NCBI GenBank assembly: GCA_963833425.1
Contig: CAWHXP010000004.1
Location: forward strand, 1 to 64,000
DNA length: 64,000 bases
Reading direction: 5' to 3'
Source of the DNA: an uncultured Methanosarcinaceae archaeon
Lineage (GTDB): Archaea; Halobacteriota; Methanosarcinia; Methanosarcinales; Methanosarcinaceae
Shown here: positions 56,472 to 64,000 of the stretch, one piece after another
Position numbering within the stretch: the first letter of the stretch is position 1
Layout: every line of letters starts with the position of its first letter
Program-made: the position numbers and the translations under genes
The notes under the pieces: generated by a model
What the model was told of the DNA's origin: nothing
What the model saw: only the letters and a program-made list of their open reading frames with translations
Databases searched by the model: none

Positions 56472-58195
56472 TCATTGAATTATCAGAGAGTCTTAGACAT
56501 CTCGACAGAAACAACGCTTTCTGTGGATTCGGATACAGATTCGTCCATAAAATATATTAACTCCTGAAATGAGCTATGAAAATTATAGTCAAGGTCCTTC
56601 CCCTGAGAATAAGTAATTTCAGTTTTGATCATTATCAATCTTTCTGCTCGATGAATTAAAGGTGATGATGAGAACAAATCACTGATAGAATGTATTTGCG
56701 GATCTTCAATACTTTTATTTCATTTATTCGAATGATATAAAATTTTTGAATAAAATTTGATAGCTATTCGACCTGAGCAAAACAATTCCTATACCCTCTT
56801 TACGAAGATTTACTGAGCAAATTTAGGTGGGCTGATTTTCTTCAACAGTCAGCTATTGATCATTTATTTTATTACCTCATGAGTTAGTAATTCAGAATTA
56901 TCTATAGCGTCAAATGGATAACTTAAACAGCTTTTATGAAAGCTGATAGTTACGAAATTCGAATTACGTAAAGCAGAATTTGACTTCTTCACATTTCCTT
57001 CCAAAATCTATCGCGAATTAAATTTGTACTTCTATTTATTTTACATGCTAATAAATACCAGAATACTCTGCTAAGTCAAACTATAATTCTACAGGGAAAT
57101 ACTTTTCTGGAAAGAATCTTCAGCATTTCACTAAAATCTAATCCTTACCTTTACTCCATCCATTTACCTCATATATTCATCTACTATCTGACCTTTTAAA
57201 TGTAATCTCAGCCATTTCTCAATGAAAAGCACAAACACATCAAATCTAAACTTTTTGTGATCTACTGCATTATGTTCTCGTTCGATAAACACAATATATT
57301 TTTTATTGAGGTATAACCATATGTTTCTGAGTAGGAAAGATATCATAGCATAAAATATATGAAAGTTGCATTTTAGATAAAGTTCTTGGTTTAAATACAT
57401 TTCCTATCCTGTACAATGATTTAATAGCAAATCTTCTTCTGTAAACCATAATAATCCCATTTGGAGATCACTTGACTCCAAAAGCTACAAAACCAAGCTT
57501 CACATCTCCTATCCATTTTTGTTCTATAATGATACTTGGCATCACTAACCATATTCGAAAGAATCTTTTGTAGGGAATTTCATAATATATTATCCACTAA
57601 GTACCTTATTCCCCTCAAGGATCTGTTTTTACTGCCTTCCATTTTTATCTCTAGATTATGGATAATCACGAATGCAACATTTTTTAGGCAGGGAATGAAG
57701 AGAATCCTTAGATACTTCTTTTTTCTTTGACCTTCTGAATCATCGCTTCTTTGTAAGATTAGTTTGTTTTTGGCGCATAGTCCAAGTTGTGTTATCATCC
57801 CTTAAAGAGACTGATAGATTGAATTAAACAATTTTATCCACGACTACAGTCCGATAATTTATCACATCGTTTTGATTCCTCTCAAGTAGAAATACAATAT
57901 ATTTTTATCCAGATAAATTTATTTCTTCATATTACTTCAGTTAAGAACAGAAATAATTTCGGTTCAAATAAATGAGAAAAGCCGCTATAAACCCACTTCT
58001 GCAGAAGTAAGCAAGAATGCTATCTATTTTTCAATATAACAATGGCTTAAAAATTAATCTAGCTTCCAATCAATCAAGGTGTGAAAATGGGCAAATAAAT
58101 TATACATATGTGTACATTTGCAGAATGTAGATATAAACAATTGAAGCTGAATAAATACCGTTAAAAGAAAAAAGGAACCCACTTTTCTGCATTTC

Positions 58196-58504
58196 TCAGG
58201 GTTCAGAAACTTCCTTTGGCTTCTCAGCGGATCTCTGGATTTCGTCAAGAAGCTGGTCGTCAGTTTTATCCTTTATATCAATTCCAAGCTTTTCAGCTGT
58301 TTCCTGTAATTTGGTCTTCTTTAAAGTTGTGGATTCACTTAAAGATTTTTCAAACTCTCTCAGGTTTCTTTCGGATTCCGTCTGGGCTTTTTTAAATTCT
58401 CCCATGGAGCTTCCCATTGATCGGGCTAGTTCTGGAAGTTTGTTTGCCCCAAAAAGAAGTATAATTACTCCAAAAATCACTATAAGTTCAGTTGATCCGA
58501 TCAT
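58196..58504 (-). CDS. tatA: twin-arginine translocase TatA/E subunit
   Basis: IG.TELIVI...LLFGANKLPELARSMG...EFKKA. Confidence 0.92.
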   Translation of the reverse strand: MIGSTELIVIFGVIILLFGANKLPELARSMGSSMGEFKKAQTESERNLREFEKSLSESTTLKKTKLQETAEKLGIDIKDKTDDQLLDEIQRSAEKPKEVSEP

Positions 58505-58792
58505 AGCTTGACCTCAAATATTTCGTTTTCTTAAATAGATTTAATGTTTTAGATGGTTGATTTCTGATCTGAAAATTGTTGATACCATCAAGTTGCATTA
58601 ATATTTTTTTAGTTTAATGTAGTTTCTATTTTTGAAGTATTTTATTTTGAGTTATTATTTGGCAATATTTTATACTAAATACTCCTTTATATGTAATTTT
58701 TTAATTTTTCCGTCGTATAAATTTTCATTTTAGCTTTATCCCAGAATTCAAGTCGTTCAGGAATTTCCCCATTTTTTAGATGAATTACTTCA

Positions 58793-58881
58793 ATCGGATT
58801 TCGATAAACTTCTAATTTTCACAGACCAATTACCCACATTTATAAGCGTGTACAAAAATTAGGGTTTATTGACAATCCCCT
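58793..58881. mobile_element. ~90-bp IS5-type MITE, degenerate
   Basis: GGATTTCGATAAACTTCTAATTTTC...GGGTTTATTGACAATCCCCT, collinear with 34753-34843. Confidence 0.6.
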
Positions 58882-59032
58882 TTAATGTATTTTCCTTGTT
58901 TGATTTTTGGAGTGTCCATTAATCATTGACAGATTGTGAAAAACGAATACTATTCACTGAGTCGGGGGAAACGAAAAGAGATTAATATACTCACTGTTTT
59001 CTGTAACTGGTGGACAACACCTATTTTTTAAT

Positions 59033-59320
59033 TTATTGCTTTATGCTGTTTTCAATTTCTTTTTTTTCATTTTTCTCTTTTTCTTGGAGGTTAGTTTCGT
59101 ATTTCTCTTTGTCCTCCTCTTTATTGTTGAGAGTTATTTTATTTTCGGCTTTTCGAGTATAGGCATCGAATTCCGTCAGTTGCATCTCACTAGCACGCTG
59201 TGCTTTTTTAAACTCCCCTACTGCACTCCCGAGAGATCGCGCAAGCTCCGGAAGCTTCTGTGGACCGAATAGGAAGAGAGCAGCAATTAGGATTACGATC
59301 AATTCGGTATAGCCTATCAT
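59033..59320 (-). CDS. tatA: twin-arginine translocase TatA/E subunit
   Basis: LFLFGPQKLPELARSLG..VGEFKKA. Confidence 0.92.
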   Translation of the reverse strand: MIGYTELIVILIAALFLFGPQKLPELARSLGSAVGEFKKAQRASEMQLTEFDAYTRKAENKITLNNKEEDKEKYETNLQEKEKNEKKEIENSIKQ

Positions 59321-59449
59321 TATTTGTTACTATCAGCGTTCAAATATAAAAATTCTTGTAAAATGATTGGCAGACAAACCTATCTGGAAATTTTATTAAA
59401 AAGCTTGCTTTTTTAATAAAATTCAATTTTTCAAATCGACAAATTGTAT

Positions 59450-60226
59450 TTAAAATAGCCTGATCAGCACTAGGCTGAACTCAAACAGGACTACTAATAA
59501 CAGCATTACAACAATCTGGGCAATGAAAGTAGGATCAGGAGAAAGGAAAAGGGAAAACGCTACAATTGCGCTGTAGATTAACATCCGCTGCTTTTTGAGA
59601 GTCTGATACTTTACTAGCCCCATCTTTACGGAGAAGATCACTAAAATAGGAAGCTGGAATACTATTCCGAAACCTGATAGAATTGTTGTCACAGCTGAGA
59701 GGGTACCCTGGACGGAAAGCTGCGCTGTAGCCGTCTCTCCAGAGTAGAAAAGAATATATTTGAACATTGCAGGAAGAACTAAAAAGTAGCCTATTGCAGA
59801 TCCTAAAATAAAGAGTAGGAAAGATACAGGGATAACCTTGAGAAAAAAGCGCCTCTCATTAGGATAAAGTCCTTTACCTGCAAACCTGTAGAGCTGGAAA
59901 AAGAACTGTGGGACTGAGATAGCCAGCGCAAAGACTAGGGATAGCTGGAGGCGAGCGAGCATCCATTCAAGAGGCGAGTACGCTGTCATGTTCACATTAG
60001 GGTTCATGAACTCCTGCCAGATCAGCATCAACCCTATCGCCGAAAAAGGATAAGCAATAAAGACTCCCAGGAAGAGCCAGATTAAAACAATTGCCAGCCG
60101 ATCTCTAAGCTCAAATAAGTGGGCCATAAGAGGTTCTTCAGTATCGCCCTGGACGCAAGAATCGGACGATATTCCCAATGAACCCTCTGTAGAGGAGGTT
60201 CCGCTGGCTTTATATTCTGGATCCAT
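59450..60226 (-). CDS. tatC: twin-arginine translocase TatC
   Basis: PLMAHLFELRDRL, GLYPNER, FGIVFQLP, SPDP. Confidence 0.92.
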   Translation of the reverse strand: MDPEYKASGTSSTEGSLGISSDSCVQGDTEEPLMAHLFELRDRLAIVLIWLFLGVFIAYPFSAIGLMLIWQEFMNPNVNMTAYSPLEWMLARLQLSLVFALAISVPQFFFQLYRFAGKGLYPNERRFFLKVIPVSFLLFILGSAIGYFLVLPAMFKYILFYSGETATAQLSVQGTLSAVTTILSGFGIVFQLPILVIFSVKMGLVKYQTLKKQRMLIYSAIVAFSLFLSPDPTFIAQIVVMLLLVVLFEFSLVLIRLF

Positions 60227-61164
60227 TTTTTTCTCAGCTTTTATACCTGATTAGTGAATATATTGATAATTAAATATAACGTTAATTTACTAGTATGGAA
60301 CCTTCTCGAGATTCTTAATATTCAGATGAAGTACATATCCAAAATCGACCTTGTGACGCATCTTGAAAATACATTTATACTATATCACATTATCTGACAG
60401 ATAAATTATCTGAATTATTATGTAGTTAAATTAGTATGAATCGATCTAACCAAGAAATTAATATAACTTAGCTAATATACCATTATTTACCGGATTCTGG
60501 CAGTTGATCCCATTGTTTCTCACTCTCTAGCTATGCAGTTTCCGAATTATTTAGCTATTATAAATAAGCTTATTGATGTTTTTTGGAGATTTTTTAATCG
60601 GATATATAGTAGCCAAAATTTATCACCAATTTTATCAGCAACTGCCTGCAATCAATCAAAAATCCAGAAAATGATAAAGTTTCTGGCTTTGAGTTGCCAA
60701 AAATATGTAATTGCAAACCCATAAAAACTGAGAAAAAAACTGAAGAAACAACATAAAAAAAATCAGTCATAAAGATATATTTTGATGAAATATGATACTT
60801 TGATTACTAACGATGAAAACAAAAAAATCAATAGATGACAGTTAAATAAAATCAATCCATCTAAATTTGCTCACTGAAAAAAGTTTAAAATAACTTACCA
60901 TTAAATCTTAAAATACAACAGCTAATGATTTTTGCCCAATCTGAACAGATAAGTAGTTTCCATCAATTGAATTTCTTCCTGAATTGCAAGTAATTTTAGG
61001 AAGACACGTGAAAAAAATAAAAAATTCAACTAATTTGAATAAACTGAAAGGAAAAAACAAAATAGATAAAGGGAAAATTGACATTAATATATATCTGCAA
61101 TGGATAGAGTTTCCTAAAATATGACAACAAATTTTCCTCTTGCTTTTCCGGATAGGTACTCCAT

Positions 61165-61951
61165 ATGTCTGAAACCATTGAAAATCTGAGTGTAATACTA
61201 CTGGCCCTGCGGAAAAAACTGCTTGTAATCGCTACGGTTCTCTGCATAGGTGTTATAATCTCGTTACAGTTTACTGGTCCTCTAATAAATAGAATAAAGC
61301 ACGACCTCCTGCCTGAGGGTGCAAAGCTGGTTTATCTGTCTCCTTTAGAGGTAATGATGCTGCAGCTAAAGATCTCGATGATCATAGGGCTGCTCATTAC
61401 CCTGCCTTTCATTGGATTTTACATTTATCGGGCCATTTCGAAGAGATATCCAGTTCGAATTCCAATATATAGTCAAAAAGGGTCAGTTGTTTTTATTGAG
61501 TATAGCTATCCTCTCCATGTTCATGCTAGGAGCTTCATATTCTTATTTTTTCATGCTGCCCATCTTTCTTAAGTTCCTCTACATTGATGCAGCAGCCTCA
61601 GGGGTAACTGCAACTTATTCTATTTTCAATTTCATCTCATTTATAGCAACAACCACAGCAATCTTCGGTTTGGTATTCGAACTTCCAATAGTTCTCACCG
61701 TCCTTATCAGAAACGGATTTGTAAAATATGATACCCTTGTGACCTACCGTAAGCATATTTATGTCATCATCCTAGTTATTGCAATGTTTATTACCCCCGG
61801 AACAGATGTCTTCAGCCAGATGATGTTTGCAGTGCCAATGACAATTTTCTTTGAGATCAGCATGTTGATTGTTAAAATAATTGGAGTGAAAAATAAAATA
61901 TCCAAATCTGATTCCTCTGTATCTGCAGCCAGAATTTCAAGAAAAAGTTAA
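61165..61951 (+). CDS. tatC: second TatC (one frameshift at ~61468)
   Basis: LSPLEVMMLQLK in frame 1; FGLVFELP, YRKH, ITPGTD..SQ in frame 2; break in an ATATATA run. Confidence 0.85.
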
Positions 61952-62315
61952 GGTATTATTGAGAACGAAAAAGGATAAAATGAGTACCGAAGAAAGCAAT
62001 ACAATTTTTCTTCTTTGAATTACTTCTGGCGTACAGAGGATCATGAATACCTAGTCCGTTATGCAGAGTAGGGAGTGAAATCCACCCTGTTTTGACTCAG
62101 ATTACTTCTTTAAATCATCGCCTATTTGTAAAATCATTTCATTTTTAGCGCTATGATTAGAGGTGGTCCCCCAGTTCTAACAGAGATGATAGCATAGGAA
62201 TTAAACAGTTTTAGCTATAGCTATACTGTTAGAGCCCCATTACATTAGTTGATGTTAAATATCAAGAAAATCTAATCGACAATAATCGAATAAAAAAATT
62301 GCTATTTATCATATC

Positions 62316-63010
62316 GAGGATTCCATACACCTCTTTTTTTTCGCGGAAAATCTTGTCATATCTTTCTTGCTAATTTCGATATTTTACCCAATTTTTCTTT
62401 TCTGGTTCATTATTCTTTGATTATAAAGATAGCCCTATCATTAGAATACCGTTTTTATATTTAATGTCGTCAACTGATAGAGATTATAACAAAAAACTTA
62501 CATAACATCTTTTGGCTCACTATTTGAACTATAGTGACAATCTCTTCCTCTCCTTTGAACATTTTTAGTTACTGCATAAACTCGTTCTCCTTTCCTTTTT
62601 AATCTATCCTCTTGTTTCATAATATATCACAAATTCCCAGAAAATTTTTTACTTTATTTTCATTGTTGCAGCAGAACCTTTTGATTTTGTCCCAAGATAT
62701 CATGTGTCCCTTTAAACCACTTCATTTTTTCTGATAGATCTACCTGAAATAATAAGTGATGCATTTGTTGTTTTGATATTCTGATAAGCACATAATGTCT
62801 TTCTATCACGCTATGGAGTTTGTATTCAAAATGTGAGTTACTACCTTTTTTGTCCAGTTTCATCTCTGTTTCTTTTTGTTTTTGCTCCAGTTTCTTGATT
62901 ATTATCCACGTTTGCATATCCAGCATCTGAAAGATAGAAGTAGCTCCCTGAATCAGTCCCGTTTTATTTTCAAATTAAAGCAAAAAGTTGGTTTTGCAAA
63001 TGTCCTCATA
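62316..63010 (-). mobile_element. degraded IS5-family element
   Basis: GLIQ, KKGSNSHFEYKLH, VDLSEK fragments; end GAGGATTCCATACAC. Confidence 0.7.
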
Positions 63011-63074
63011 TTTTGTTTTTTTGCAGTTATCAATAATTCTTTTTATGAGTAATCACATTTGATACTGTCTTGTA

Positions 63075-63560
63075 AATCCCAGGAAAACCAAAACTCTTGT
63101 AGTTTATTGAAAAACCTAAAAATATTCAAAAATGAATAGAGAATAAAAGCAAATTCTAACTCTTTCTATGCTCAAAATGGCAACAAAGTATCCATTTTGA
63201 AGAGAGTTATAAGGCAAAAAATACATGTAAATTTTCAGAAAGATTAAGTGAAGAAAATAATTATGAAAATAATTTTGATACCATCGTTTTTACTAGATAA
63301 ATCAAAAACAAATTATGCAAAAATTAAGATCAAAAAAGCGAAACAATTGAGTGTGATATTAGTATCCTGCCACTATATTAACCCGATATAAATCCATTTG
63401 AATTTATTCTGGAAAAGTATAAAAGAAATACATTTCAGAAGAATTCATCGGATCAGTTACGAGACTCAGAGAATTGGTATGGTAGATATAAAGAATTATC
63501 TAAATCAAAATTATTTTCTAATTATTGAATGAAAATATTGATGAACAAATAAAAAATGTA
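63075..63560 (+). mobile_element. degraded IS630-family transposase
   Basis: IVLLD and LPLY*PDINPFEFI-WKSIK, resembling the IS630 LPPYSPDLNPIE..W motif. Confidence 0.65.
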
Positions 63561-64000
63561 ATTAATTGCTAGTTGATTATAATGATAGTTCACAGGACAA
63601 CGAGTTCAAAAAGTACATTGAGAATTAAGGATTAAGCCGATACTTGCAAGGGTAAGACATCCTAGGAGAAACTAGAATATTCAGAAATAATTCTATACAT
63701 GCAAGAGATCAAGTAGAGAATTTTGAAAGCTTAGCGAAGTTCATTCAATGATACAAAAGAAGGCCTCAAAAAGCTATGAAGATTGAAAAATTGGAATATC
63801 CAGAAACTACTTTTCTGGAACGGATTGCAAGTAGAAGCAGAATTATAGAATAGATTTATGTTTTTTTGGTTGTGAAAATATAATAAATTAAAACGATTTT
63901 ATAGACTAAATCATTTCAAGACAAAAAAACAACCATACCTGATTATAAGTTACCCTTTAAAAACAACAAGCGAAATATATTTTAGAGTTAAAATCATCGA

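Noticed and set aside
56483..56725. Separate gene upstream of TraB
   Set aside because: Could be a broken N-terminal extension of TraB; cannot be resolved without homolog alignment
62064..62200. Possible H/ACA guide or other RNA from two small hairpins after tatC
   Set aside because: No clear K-turn/ACA geometry; stems are short and could be chance or a terminator

Overview
AT-rich archaeal chromosome segment, most consistent with Methanosarcina (gatE, archaeal tRNA-Pro, TrmB, TIGR00303-type CobT, archaeal TATA promoters, lineage-typical TPR and pentapeptide proteins). The left ~31 kb is an accessory, heavily eroded region. It holds: (1) a nadE-like/trmB/ppa/glnK/amtB cluster built from a tandem duplication with reciprocal gene loss and sharing a previously unrecognised 19-bp operator; (2) a mosaic of dispersed non-coding modules (a 3-copy promoter+hairpin RNA candidate, 9-bp-unit arrays, ~250-bp and ~135-bp repeats); (3) an IS6 element with MITEs; and (4) a GC-richer island carrying a frameshifted nitrogenase-like D-K-H operon with methyltransferase, amidohydrolase and DUF169 genes. 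The right half is mostly housekeeping (Isf, gatE, cobT, iscS, GT2, tRNA-Pro, DUF296, EamA, AmrS radical SAM, TraB, tatA/tatA/tatC/tatC), interspersed with IS5/IS630 relics, ~91-bp IS5-type MITEs and candidate structured RNAs. gatE, EamA and the second tatC each carry one frameshift, which may be assembly error. All calls come from manual reading; no searches were run, and pseudogene and repeat boundaries are approximate.
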